DNA of 64,000 bases, taken from a virus. Lineage: Duplodnaviria > Caudoviricetes. The stretch is taken from positions 1 through 64,000 of the IMG/VR virus record IMGVR_UViG_3300036987_000420. The stretch is one strand, 5' to 3'. Shown in pieces: positions 45,067 through 54,363 of the stretch. How positions within the stretch are numbered: position 1 is the stretch's first letter; each line of letters starts with the position of its first letter. The notes under the pieces are model-generated. The model saw only the letters and a list, made by a program, of their open reading frames with translations. It was not told where the DNA came from and did no database searches. Both the position numbers and the translations under genes were made by a program.

Positions 45067-47199
45067 ATGGGGCAGGCGACGATGAGTCTCTCCGCCGTCT
45101 ACCACATCATCGAACGCTACGAGGCCGACACCGCGCGGGCCGAGCAGGCCGTGCAGCGCCTCGGGAAGCAGACCGGCGAGACCGGGTTCCGCGCCGAGAT
45201 GCTGCGGAAGGACCTGGCCCGCCTCGACGCCCAGGCCGAGCGGCTCACGCAGCGATTCGGCGGGCTCAAGATGGCGCTCACCGCCGCGGTCGGCATCGGC
45301 GTCGGGCTCGGCATCAAGAGCATGGTGGCCGGGCTCTCGGAGCTCGAGCAGGCGACACAGGGCGTTGCCGGCGCCTTCCTCGTCAACGACGCGGTCCGAG
45401 ACTTCGACGACGGCATGCGGCGCGCCGAGGGGGCCGTCCAGCGCTTTCGCCGGATGGCGAAGGACTCGCCCGGCGACACCCGCGACTTCCTGAGCATCTA
45501 CTCGACGATGCTCCCCGTGATGCTCCAGGCCAAGCGCGGCGACGCGGCGATGGAGGAGCTGGTCAAGCGCGGCGTCTTCCTGAAGGGCCTGGCTCCGCAG
45601 TCCTCGTACGACGAGATCGCCCAGTCCATGGGGATGGTCCTCGGCGGCGCCGCCGGGCAGGACACCGTCGTCTGGCGGATGCTGCAGAAGCAGCTCGGCG
45701 GCGACGTCCAGGCCTGGAACAAGATGGCCAAGGAGGACCCGGGCCGCGCGTTCGATCGGCTGTCGCAGGCGCTGGCCGGGCTCGACGCTGTCGCCGCACG
45801 CAGCGGCCAGTCGTTCGGCGGGCTTCTCGCGACCCTCTCGGACGTCAAGGACCAGACCCTCATGGCGGCCGGCGAGGGCCTGTTCGAGGCCCTCAAGGAC
45901 GACATGCAGGACCTGGCCACCTGGGCCGAGAAGAACGAGGGCGCGATCAAGAACTGGGCCCGCAGCATCGGGCAGGACCTCGTTGGGGCCTACAACCTGC
46001 TGAAGGGCCCGGCGCAGTTCGCGGCCGACAACGCCGGCGCCCTGATGGGCCTGTGGGCGCTCAGCCAGGGCCGGCAGATGGCCGGCGGGATGCGCGGCAT
46101 CGGCATCGGCATGATGACCGGCGGCGAGCGCGACCCGGACAAGGCGGCCGCGCGGCTGGCCCGCGGCTGGCGCCTCGGCGGCATGCCGGGCGACGACGTC
46201 TCGTGGTCGCGCGAGCACGGCTACCACCGGATGGTGACGGAGCGGGACAGCTCTGGCCTCGTCGCCCGCGACGTCCAGCGCGCCGAGCGCCTGACCGGCA
46301 TGGACCGTGCCCGGGCCGAATACATCGGGTTCAAGGGCGCCGCCGGACGCGGTCTCGACGTCGCCGGCAGGGCGCTCGGGGCCATCGGCACGATCGGCAT
46401 GGCCGCAGACGTCATCTACCTCACGGGCAAGACCATCTACGACGCTGTCGACCGCGGGGCGTTCAACACCGGCGAGGGCGGCGAGTTGATGATCGCGCAG
46501 CTCAAGCGCATCGGCGAGACCGGCAAGGCCGACTGGCGCGAGCTGTCTGGCTTCGGAGTGCGGTCCCAGGCCGAGGCCGACTACATCGCCGAGGCCCTGC
46601 GCGGCTACATGGCGCCCCACACCGGCCCATTTGGCAGCGGATACCAGACCGACTCCATGGTCGTCGGCGAGAAGGACGCGCTGTTCGAGCGCGTCCGGAA
46701 GGCGCAGCTCGGCTACCAGAAGGTCGAGGAGGACCGGATCGCCCAGGCGATGAAGCAGATCGCGCTGGTCGAGCAGTTGAACGCTGAAATCCTGAAGGCC
46801 GCCGGAGCCAACGCAAGGTGGGGCGAGCCCGTGTCCCGCTTCTCGGAGAAGCTCAGCGGTATCGGCGTGAAGTCGATCGACGACTTCGCCAGCGCAGCGT
46901 CCGGCGCGGCCAGCAAGATCGCGATGTACAACAACGCGTTCAACCGCTTCGCCGAGATCGCCGACTCGCGCAACAAGTGGGCGGCCGAGAAGGCCGACGA
47001 CTTCCTGTGGCGCTCGCTCGGCTGGATCAAGCCCCCGAAGGTCCACGTGGGCCCGGTGACCATCAAGATCGAGCGGGCCACGAACCCGGAGCGCATCGCC
47101 ATCCTGACGCGCGACGTGCTCCTGCGGGCCGCCGTCGGCGCCCCCCGCACCCGGGCCGGTAACGGGCTCAACGCGACCGAGATCCACCGCGGCTGGTAG
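45067..47199 (+). CDS. Tape measure protein
   Basis: 710 aa Ala/Gly-rich helical ORF; SFGGLLATLSD.KD; position. Confidence 0.85.
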   Translation: MGQATMSLSAVYHIIERYEADTARAEQAVQRLGKQTGETGFRAEMLRKDLARLDAQAERLTQRFGGLKMALTAAVGIGVGLGIKSMVAGLSELEQATQGVAGAFLVNDAVRDFDDGMRRAEGAVQRFRRMAKDSPGDTRDFLSIYSTMLPVMLQAKRGDAAMEELVKRGVFLKGLAPQSSYDEIAQSMGMVLGGAAGQDTVVWRMLQKQLGGDVQAWNKMAKEDPGRAFDRLSQALAGLDAVAARSGQSFGGLLATLSDVKDQTLMAAGEGLFEALKDDMQDLATWAEKNEGAIKNWARSIGQDLVGAYNLLKGPAQFAADNAGALMGLWALSQGRQMAGGMRGIGIGMMTGGERDPDKAAARLARGWRLGGMPGDDVSWSREHGYHRMVTERDSSGLVARDVQRAERLTGMDRARAEYIGFKGAAGRGLDVAGRALGAIGTIGMAADVIYLTGKTIYDAVDRGAFNTGEGGELMIAQLKRIGETGKADWRELSGFGVRSQAEADYIAEALRGYMAPHTGPFGSGYQTDSMVVGEKDALFERVRKAQLGYQKVEEDRIAQAMKQIALVEQLNAEILKAAGANARWGEPVSRFSEKLSGIGVKSIDDFASAASGAASKIAMYNNAFNRFAEIADSRNKWAAEKADDFLWRSLGWIKPPKVHVGPVTIKIERATNPERIAILTRDVLLRAAVGAPRTRAGNGLNATEIHRGW

Positions 47200-47211
47200 G
47201 AGACGCACCAG

Positions 47212-48258
47212 ATGGCCGACGCCGCTGCGGTGCGCTTCCTCGACGCCGCGACGGGGGCGCTGCTCGCCGAGCTCGACGGGCCGTTCCTGCCCGAGGCGCC
47301 GCTCCCCGTGGGCGCCAGGCTGCGCCGATCGCAGACCCACTACAAGGGCGCGCGGCAGCAGTCGGCGCAGGTGCTCGGGGTCGAGGAGGAGCCGATCCCG
47401 TTCGAGGGGCGGCTGGACGACACGTTCAGCGGCGGCGCCGCCGGGCGCGCGAAAACGTACGCCGAGGCGCTCGACCGGACGTTCCGCGCGGCCCGCCAGG
47501 TGACGCTCGAGTGGGGCGACCTGCGGCGCACCGGGCTCCTCGACGAGTGCCACATCGACCACGAGGACGAGACGGCGTTCGAGTACCGGCTGGTGTTCTG
47601 GCCGGACTCCGGGCCGGGTGTGAAGGTGGCGCCCTGGGTGCCGCGGCTGTGGCGCGACCAGGCGTTGAACCCCGCCGTGCTGCTCAACGACACGGCGGAC
47701 GCCCGCAGCATCCTCGACCAGTTCCGCAGCGCGCGCGACCGCCTGATGGGCGCCTGGCAGGCGCTCAACCCGATGCGGTTGGAGCTGCTCCAGATCGTCT
47801 ACGGCGTCGAGAACACGCTGGGCGACCTCGTCAACGCGGCCAACCTGCCGTTCGACGTCGTCGCGGCGTCGCTCGACCTGCGGCAGCGCATCCTGCGCAT
47901 CGGCACGGCCGCGCAGACCGGCTGGGCGAACCTCGCCGCCCGGGCGCGCGCCCTCGACGCGACGCCGGCCGTGGACGACGAGACGCTCGACAGCATCCGG
48001 GATAGCGTCGTGCTGCGCGAGACGGCCGGCAAGGCGCGCCTGTCGCAGTCGCGCATCCTGGAGATGATCCGGTCCTTCCTCGCCGCGACCGACGGCGAGG
48101 CGACGGGCCGCAAGCACGAGGTCATCCAGGGCGACAGCCTGCCGGGGATCTCGCTGCTGTACTACCAGACGGCTGACAAGTGGCGCCGCATCGCGGACGC
48201 CAACGGGCTCACGACGATGCGGCTCACCCCGGGCCAGCGCCTGCGGGTGCCGGAGTAG
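47212..48258 (+). CDS. Tube initiator-like protein with C-terminal LysM domain
   Basis: HEVIQGDSLPGIS..YY....W.RIADANG.....LTPGQRLRVP. Confidence 0.85.
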   Translation: MADAAAVRFLDAATGALLAELDGPFLPEAPLPVGARLRRSQTHYKGARQQSAQVLGVEEEPIPFEGRLDDTFSGGAAGRAKTYAEALDRTFRAARQVTLEWGDLRRTGLLDECHIDHEDETAFEYRLVFWPDSGPGVKVAPWVPRLWRDQALNPAVLLNDTADARSILDQFRSARDRLMGAWQALNPMRLELLQIVYGVENTLGDLVNAANLPFDVVAASLDLRQRILRIGTAAQTGWANLAARARALDATPAVDDETLDSIRDSVVLRETAGKARLSQSRILEMIRSFLAATDGEATGRKHEVIQGDSLPGISLLYYQTADKWRRIADANGLTTMRLTPGQRLRVPE

Positions 48259-48273
48259 GACGAGGCGCGGACG

Positions 48274-49578
48274 GTGGCGACCTACTACCCGAAGTGCCGC
48301 GTCGACCTCGAATTGTGGGGCGCGAGCGCTCCCCGCGAGCAGCTCGTTCCGAACCTGCGGTTCGACCGGCTCGTGCCGGTGTCGGCCACCGTCGAGAAGA
48401 ACCCGCACGACACGGCCGACACGTTCGACCTGTCGCTGCCCCGCGACGCGTTCCCGGTCGATCCGCGCGCCCTGCGGGACATCCGCGTGCGGGTGTGGAT
48501 GGGGGACGCCGGGAGCCTCGACGCCGAGCTGCCGCAGTCGGATCCGCTCATCGTCGGGTTCGTCGACGAGCCGCCGCTCGACCTCTCCGAGAGCGGCGAG
48601 TCGGTGTCGCTGAAGGGCCGCGACTTCACCCAGCTCGCCATCGACACGCCCTGGGGACGCGGCGACGGCGGCCGCAAATTCCGCGTCCGGGCCGACCGGC
48701 CGCTGCCGCTCGTCGTGGCGGACGTGCTCCGGAACTACCCGGAAACGCGCGCGCTCGCGACGCAGGTGGTCGTCCGCGGCGGCGGGACGGCGAACGTCCT
48801 GACGGCGCCCTGGCCCGGGACGGCGACCGCCCGCGGACGCTGGTTCCGCTGGAAGGCCGACCAGCCGGTCTGGAGCGCGCTCGCCGAGCTGTGCGCGCGG
48901 GTCGGCTGGACCATCTGGATCGACGGGGAGCAGGTCGTGCTGTCGGCCGCCGAGGCGGTCTACGGCGGCTCGCTGCTCGCGACGCCGCGGTTCGTCTGGG
49001 GCGAGTCGCTGACCTCGCTCACCATCACGCGGCGGCTCACCCGCGAGCGCGTCACGGGCGTCGAGGTCCGCTGCTACAACGACCGCGAGGGCCGCGTCTA
49101 CACCGCACGCTACCCGGCGCGCAGGGAGCTGATTCGCGGCGGTCAGCGCGAGTACACGCAGTACCGCCCGCGGATGGGGCCGCACTGGACGCAGGCGCGC
49201 GCGGACGAGGTCGCCCGCCAGGCCTACGAGCTGCTGCGCCGCCAGCAGATGACGGGCAGTTTCTCGACGATGGAGCTCCGCGAGGGGGCCCACGACCTGA
49301 CGCGGCTCAATGCCGGAGACACGGTCCGGATCGCGGTCGACGCGGCGACCGAGGGGCTCATCGTCCAGGGGCTGCGCGGCAACGGGCCGCGCGACGCCGA
49401 GGCGCTCGACCTGCTCGTCTCGTCCGGCCTCGATCCCGACGTGGCCGGCGTGCTCATCAACAACTGGCGCGAGCTGCTCGTGCCCTGGCAGATCTCACGG
49501 GCAACCCACTCCTGGAGCCAGGACGAGGGCTACCGGCTCTCGGGCGACGTCGTCAACGCGCTGGCCGTGGAGGGCTGA
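48274..49578 (+). CDS. Baseplate hub protein (Mu gp44/P2 gpD-like)
   Basis: DTADTFDLSL, GFVD......, LKGRD.T; position. Confidence 0.75.
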   Translation: MATYYPKCRVDLELWGASAPREQLVPNLRFDRLVPVSATVEKNPHDTADTFDLSLPRDAFPVDPRALRDIRVRVWMGDAGSLDAELPQSDPLIVGFVDEPPLDLSESGESVSLKGRDFTQLAIDTPWGRGDGGRKFRVRADRPLPLVVADVLRNYPETRALATQVVVRGGGTANVLTAPWPGTATARGRWFRWKADQPVWSALAELCARVGWTIWIDGEQVVLSAAEAVYGGSLLATPRFVWGESLTSLTITRRLTRERVTGVEVRCYNDREGRVYTARYPARRELIRGGQREYTQYRPRMGPHWTQARADEVARQAYELLRRQQMTGSFSTMELREGAHDLTRLNAGDTVRIAVDAATEGLIVQGLRGNGPRDAEALDLLVSSGLDPDVAGVLINNWRELLVPWQISRATHSWSQDEGYRLSGDVVNALAVEG

Positions 49579-49579
49579 C

Positions 49580-50143
49580 GTGGAAGAGCACCTCCGCGCG
49601 CTGGCCGCCATGGCCGGCAACCTCGCCATCGGGACGGTCCAGGGCGTCGAGTACGACGCCGAGGGCGTGCTCGTGCGCGTGACGCTCGCCGCGGGCGGCG
49701 AGGATGTCACCTGCCGGCGGATGCTCGGCTACGGCGGGGCGACGTCCGGCGACGGCTACGGCGACTTCTGGGAGCCCGACGTCGACCAGGAGGTCCTCGT
49801 CGCGCTTCTGGGTGGCGACCCGAACGCGGCCATCCTCCTGGGGCCGCTGCAGACGTTGAAGAGCCCGACGCCGGCCGGGGTCGGCCCGGGCAAGCGCGTC
49901 ATCGTCGTCCGCCACGGCGACAGCGTCGAGGTCCACGCGACGGGCGACGTGAGCGTCACGACGACCGGCACCGTCCGGGTCGAGGGCGCCGCAGCCGTGA
50001 AGCTCGCGAACAGCGACGCGCCGCTGGCGTACGTCGACGGCGTCGTGACGGGCGCCTGCATGTGCCAGTGGGGCGGGATGCACACCGATCACAGCGCCGG
50101 CGTGCTGGCCGAGAAGACGCCGCCGCCCGTCGGGAGGGGCTGA
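49580..50143 (+). CDS. Baseplate spike (gpV/gp45-like)
   Basis: PDVDQEVLVALLGGDP...ILLG; C-terminal C.CQWGG.H metal site. Confidence 0.8.
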   Translation: MEEHLRALAAMAGNLAIGTVQGVEYDAEGVLVRVTLAAGGEDVTCRRMLGYGGATSGDGYGDFWEPDVDQEVLVALLGGDPNAAILLGPLQTLKSPTPAGVGPGKRVIVVRHGDSVEVHATGDVSVTTTGTVRVEGAAAVKLANSDAPLAYVDGVVTGACMCQWGGMHTDHSAGVLAEKTPPPVGRG

Positions 50144-50145
50144 TC

Positions 50146-50361
50146 GTGGCGCTGACGAACGACACCGCCGACGCCGTGGTCGAGGGCATCCTCTCCGACC
50201 TGGGGCTGAACGAGGCGCAGGCGGAGATGGCGCGGTCGCGCTGGCGGGTCATCGTTCGCCGCATCTACGCCGGCATCAAGGCCGACGCGGTCGTGCAGCC
50301 GACGGCGCTCGAGGCGCCGCCCGGCGGCGGAGCCGTGACGGGCACCGGGACGCTCGCCTGA
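50146..50361 (+). CDS. Small baseplate-associated protein
   Basis: After the spike; ends GGAVTGTGTLA. Confidence 0.55.
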   Translation: MALTNDTADAVVEGILSDLGLNEAQAEMARSRWRVIVRRIYAGIKADAVVQPTALEAPPGGGAVTGTGTLA

Positions 50362-50377
50362 GCGGGACGAGGGGCGC

Positions 50378-50770
50378 ATGTCGACGACGCTCGCACCGCG
50401 CAGCGACCTGCGCGTCCCGCTGGCCGTCACCTCGAGCGGCGACCTGTCGCTCGTCACCGGCACGGACGCACTGCGCCAGCGCCTCCGGCACCTCATCCTC
50501 ACGGCGCCCGGCGAGCTGCTCCACCGCCCCCGCTGGGGCGCGGGGCTCCCCGACGAGCAGAACGAGGTGGCGGACGCCGCCTACCTGGCGCGCATCCGCG
50601 GCCGCATCCGCGAGGCGCTCGAGCGCGACCCGGCCGTCGAGGCGGTGACGAAGCTCGACGCGACGGTCGATGACGCCGGCCTCGTCGAGGTCACCGTCTG
50701 GGTGCGGGCGGCCGGGCAGACGTTCACCTACGACGGGCTGCGAATCAGCACGGGGGCGACGGGCGCATGA
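50378..50770 (+). CDS. Baseplate wedge gp25/gpW-like
   Basis: GDL.LV.G.DALRQ.L..L.LT.PGEL.H.P.WG.GL. Confidence 0.9.
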   Translation: MSTTLAPRSDLRVPLAVTSSGDLSLVTGTDALRQRLRHLILTAPGELLHRPRWGAGLPDEQNEVADAAYLARIRGRIREALERDPAVEAVTKLDATVDDAGLVEVTVWVRAAGQTFTYDGLRISTGATGA

Positions 50771-51894
50771 GCAGCTTCGACGACAGCTACAGCGCCTACC
50801 GCAGCGAGGTCGAGGGCCGCGCCCCGCAGCTCTCCGACTGGGCCGAGGGGAGCGCCAACGACGGCTACGGCGGCGGCGCCGCGCGCCTCGCCGAGCTGCT
50901 CTCGGTCGAGATCGCCCGGCGCTTCCTCGCGAAGTGGTTCGCGACCGCGACGGGCAGCGAGATCGACGCGCTCGCCGCCGACCTGTTCGGCGCCGAGGCA
51001 GCGCGCGGCGCCGCGGCGCAGGCGACGATCACGCTGGCCCTGTCGCGGGCGAGCGCCACGGCCGGCAACGTCGCCATCGGCACGTCGCAGGTCATCAAGA
51101 CGGACCTGGCGAACGCCGAGGACGCCGTCCAGTTCCGCCCGGTCATCGCCTACACGCTGATCGGGCTCGGGCCGCTCGCCGTGCAGTGTCGCGCCGTCAC
51201 GGCCGGCAAGGCCGGCAACGTCGCCATCGGCGCGAGTTGGACGGCCGACCCGCCGCTCTCCGACCAGACGGTCGTCATCGCCAACGCGGCGAAGGGCGCC
51301 GGCGGGGACGACGCGTGGTCTGACGACAGGTACAAGGCCTGGCTCTACGACTACGTCAAGACGCTCGCCCGCGGGACCGTGCTCGCGCTCATCACGGGCG
51401 CGAAGAGCGTCCCGGGCGTCGCGGCGGCCGCCGTCGACGAGTCGGACGCCGGACCAGATGACGGCGGCCTCGTGCGCCTGCTCGTCGGGGACGTGGACGG
51501 CAACGCGACCGACCTCCTGAAGAATGCCGTCACGGCGGCCCTGGAGGCATGGCGAGGGGCGGGGATCCGGGTCGAGGTCGTCAAGGGCACGCGGACCGAC
51601 GTCACCGGCATCGGCATCGTCGTCCGGATGCGGTCGACCGACTACGACTCCGGCGCCGTCACGGCCGACGCGCAGACGGCCGGCTCGCAGGCCGTCGAGG
51701 ACATGGCGCCCGACGAGCGGCTCTACCAGGAGCGGCTCGACGCGGCCGTCTACGCGGCCCTCGGCGGCGCCGAGAAGGTCTCCGACGTCGCATCCACGCA
51801 CTCGGGCGGCTGGCCGGTCGTCCCGGGCGCCGGCCGGTCGCTGCGGCTCGCCGAGACCGCCATCACCGTGACCGCCCTTGGACCGGAAGCCTGA
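50767..51894 (+). CDS. Baseplate J-like protein
   Basis: TATGSEIDALA, A..AG.AGN, GG.D..SD, RGT, SVPGV. Confidence 0.9.
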   Translation: MSSFDDSYSAYRSEVEGRAPQLSDWAEGSANDGYGGGAARLAELLSVEIARRFLAKWFATATGSEIDALAADLFGAEAARGAAAQATITLALSRASATAGNVAIGTSQVIKTDLANAEDAVQFRPVIAYTLIGLGPLAVQCRAVTAGKAGNVAIGASWTADPPLSDQTVVIANAAKGAGGDDAWSDDRYKAWLYDYVKTLARGTVLALITGAKSVPGVAAAAVDESDAGPDDGGLVRLLVGDVDGNATDLLKNAVTAALEAWRGAGIRVEVVKGTRTDVTGIGIVVRMRSTDYDSGAVTADAQTAGSQAVEDMAPDERLYQERLDAAVYAALGGAEKVSDVASTHSGGWPVVPGAGRSLRLAETAITVTALGPEA

Positions 51895-51897
51895 GCC

Positions 51898-52608
51898 GTG
51901 ACGCTGCCGACCAACACGCAGCTCCACGACCAGGCGACGGACGGCGGCCTGCTGCCGTCGTGGCTGCGGGACGACCCGCTCGTCGACGTGCTCGTCTGGG
52001 GGCTCGCCGCGGCGCTGGGCGTCCAGCGCGACCGGGCCGCAGCGCTCCTGCTGCGCCTCGACGCCGCGACGGCGGAGACGCGCTGGCTCGACCTGCTGCT
52101 GCGCGAGCGCGGCACGGCGCGGCTCCAGGGCGAGACGGACGCGAGCGCCGCGCCACGCGCGAAGCTGAAGCCGCGCGGCGTGACGCCCGGCGGCATCGCC
52201 TCGGAGCTCACGCTCCTGCTGCGCACGGGCCAGCGCCTCTGGGTGGTCGAGGCGGACGCCGGGCCGCTCGGCGCGTCGTGCTACTGCAGCGACGACGGCA
52301 CGGCGGCGACCGACAGCCGGGAGACGTACTGCGACCGGCCGATGGCCATCGTCGACGACAGCCCCTGGCACCGCCTGTGGGTGCTCGTCGAGGAGCCGCC
52401 GGTCGTGCAGCGCGAGGTCGCCTACTGCGACCGCGAGGACTTCTACTGCGACCGTGCCGTCGGCGACGGCTGGTGCGACACCGACCCCGGCGACCCGGAC
52501 GAGAACGTGCTGCGCGCCATCGCGCTGGCCGTCCCGCGGCTGCGGCTCGCCGGCGTGCGTGGGACCGTCCGCATCCTGCCGAACCCGTACACCGACTGGG
52601 CGGCCTGA
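51898..52608 (+). CDS. Baseplate I-like wedge protein
   Basis: After J; TA..RWLDL...E.G..R..GE.D. Confidence 0.65.
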   Translation: MTLPTNTQLHDQATDGGLLPSWLRDDPLVDVLVWGLAAALGVQRDRAAALLLRLDAATAETRWLDLLLRERGTARLQGETDASAAPRAKLKPRGVTPGGIASELTLLLRTGQRLWVVEADAGPLGASCYCSDDGTAATDSRETYCDRPMAIVDDSPWHRLWVLVEEPPVVQREVAYCDREDFYCDRAVGDGWCDTDPGDPDENVLRAIALAVPRLRLAGVRGTVRILPNPYTDWAA

Positions 52609-52679
52609 GCCCGGCGTCACCCGACCAACCCTGAGACCCTGTCACCGGCCGCCGCGGCCGCCGGACGAGGACTGCGCCG

Positions 52680-54251
52680 ATGGTGAACCCGCAGATCAGC
52701 CGCGTGCACCAGAACGAGGGCGAGCTCTACACCCGTACGCGCCTCGTCGACACGAACAAGGCCGCGACGCAGCGGGTGAACGACAGCATCCTCGGGCCGC
52801 TGCTGGCGCTCGACGACAGCGGAAACCCGATCACGGTCTGCGCCGACGACGGATTTCTCGTTGAGGCGACGGCCAACCTGGTGGTGAAGGTCAACGCCGG
52901 CTGGGCGCTTCACTACGTGAACGAGGACCACAGCGCCGACCCCTACGCGCTCCTGTGGCGTCGGGCCGTGCTGGCCGCCGACGCGCTCCTGAGCGTGGAC
53001 GGGGGCGGGGCCGCCGACCGGACGGACATCGTCCAGGTGCGCGCCGTCGAGACGCAGCAGGACGCGCTTACGGTGCCGTACATGGACGGCGCCGGGAACA
53101 AGTCGAACGTCAGCGTCTACACCCGCTACCTCGACAGCTGCGAGGTGCAGGTGAAGACGGGCGTCGAGGGCGGCCCGGTCCCGACGCCCGACGCGGGCTG
53201 GTTCAAGGTGGCCGAGATCTTCGTCGGGCTGGGCGCGGTCGCCATCGTCCCGGGCGACATCACCGACACCCGCACGGCGCCGCAGACCTCGTTCGCGGCG
53301 TCCGTTCTCGACCTGCTCGTGCGCAACAACCTGCTCGTGCGCAACGACCTCACGGTCTGGGACGACCTGACGCTCGGCGGTGACGGCTCGCCGGTGGAGA
53401 GTCGCGTCGTGTTCCGCCGCTCACAGGGCGCCGGCGGCCAGTGGGTCCTCGAGGTCCACGGCCGCGACGCCGGCGAGGGCGCGGCGGCCTACCAGATCTT
53501 CCTGCGTGCGACCCGGCGCACCTACGCCGGCGACGGCGTCGACACCGTCGAGTGGCGCGTCGCCGGCCCCGACGGCTACCCGAACGGCCCGGCCGACGAC
53601 GGCGATGCCTGCGACGTCGTCCTCGGCGGTAGCGTCGGGATGCGGGCCATGCGCATCCGGGCGACGGAGGACGCCGGCGGCAACAAGCTCCTGCGGTTCA
53701 TGCTCGACGACGCGCTCCCGGAGACGAACCCGCCGGCGGCGCTGCTCGACGTCTACGAGGACGGCCGGCTGGCGCTGCCGCAGAGCCCCAGCATCGCCGT
53801 CAAGCTCCCGATCAACAGCGGATCGGTGGACGCCGCGACGACGTCCAAGATCAACGCCAACGGCGAAGTGGTCATCACCGACGCGGCCGTGCAGGCGACC
53901 TACCTCCTCGACGTCCCGGACCACCTGGACGCCGACGGCGTGACGCTCGAGCCCGTCACGGTGGACGTCTGGATGAAGACGCCCAACACGAACGGCGGCA
54001 GCGTGACGGCGCAGGTGATGCAGCTCGACGACCCGCTCGCCGCAGGCGCGACGACGCCCAACGCCGTGTCGGACGTCAAGAGCTGGGCGGGCAACCCCAC
54101 CGGCGCGGTGTCGAAGCAGACGATCACGCTCAACGGGGCCTACGCGCCCGGGAGCGGCAAGCCCCTGATGCTGGTGCTCATCGCCGGCACCGGGGACGTG
54201 GCGCGCCTGCGGGCGGTCACGGTGAACTACACGCGGCACCGGCTGCCGTGA
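52680..54251 (+). CDS. Tail fibre/baseplate-anchored structural protein
   Basis: RTDIVQVR, V.VKTG, P.PDAGW.KVAEI.V N-terminal anchor pattern. Confidence 0.65.
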   Translation: MVNPQISRVHQNEGELYTRTRLVDTNKAATQRVNDSILGPLLALDDSGNPITVCADDGFLVEATANLVVKVNAGWALHYVNEDHSADPYALLWRRAVLAADALLSVDGGGAADRTDIVQVRAVETQQDALTVPYMDGAGNKSNVSVYTRYLDSCEVQVKTGVEGGPVPTPDAGWFKVAEIFVGLGAVAIVPGDITDTRTAPQTSFAASVLDLLVRNNLLVRNDLTVWDDLTLGGDGSPVESRVVFRRSQGAGGQWVLEVHGRDAGEGAAAYQIFLRATRRTYAGDGVDTVEWRVAGPDGYPNGPADDGDACDVVLGGSVGMRAMRIRATEDAGGNKLLRFMLDDALPETNPPAALLDVYEDGRLALPQSPSIAVKLPINSGSVDAATTSKINANGEVVITDAAVQATYLLDVPDHLDADGVTLEPVTVDVWMKTPNTNGGSVTAQVMQLDDPLAAGATTPNAVSDVKSWAGNPTGAVSKQTITLNGAYAPGSGKPLMLVLIAGTGDVARLRAVTVNYTRHRLP

Positions 54252-54363
54252 CCCTGACCCTGACCACCTGACGCACCGCGCGGGCGCCGCCCGCGCCGCT
54301 CCTGTTCCGACCGACGTCCCGTTCCCGCTCCCGCTGTTCCTGACCATCGAAGGAGGCTCGACC

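Noticed and set aside
44611-49293. 1560-aa minus-strand ORF
   Set aside because: Antisense shadow of the tape-measure, LysM and hub genes; no start signals or domain features.
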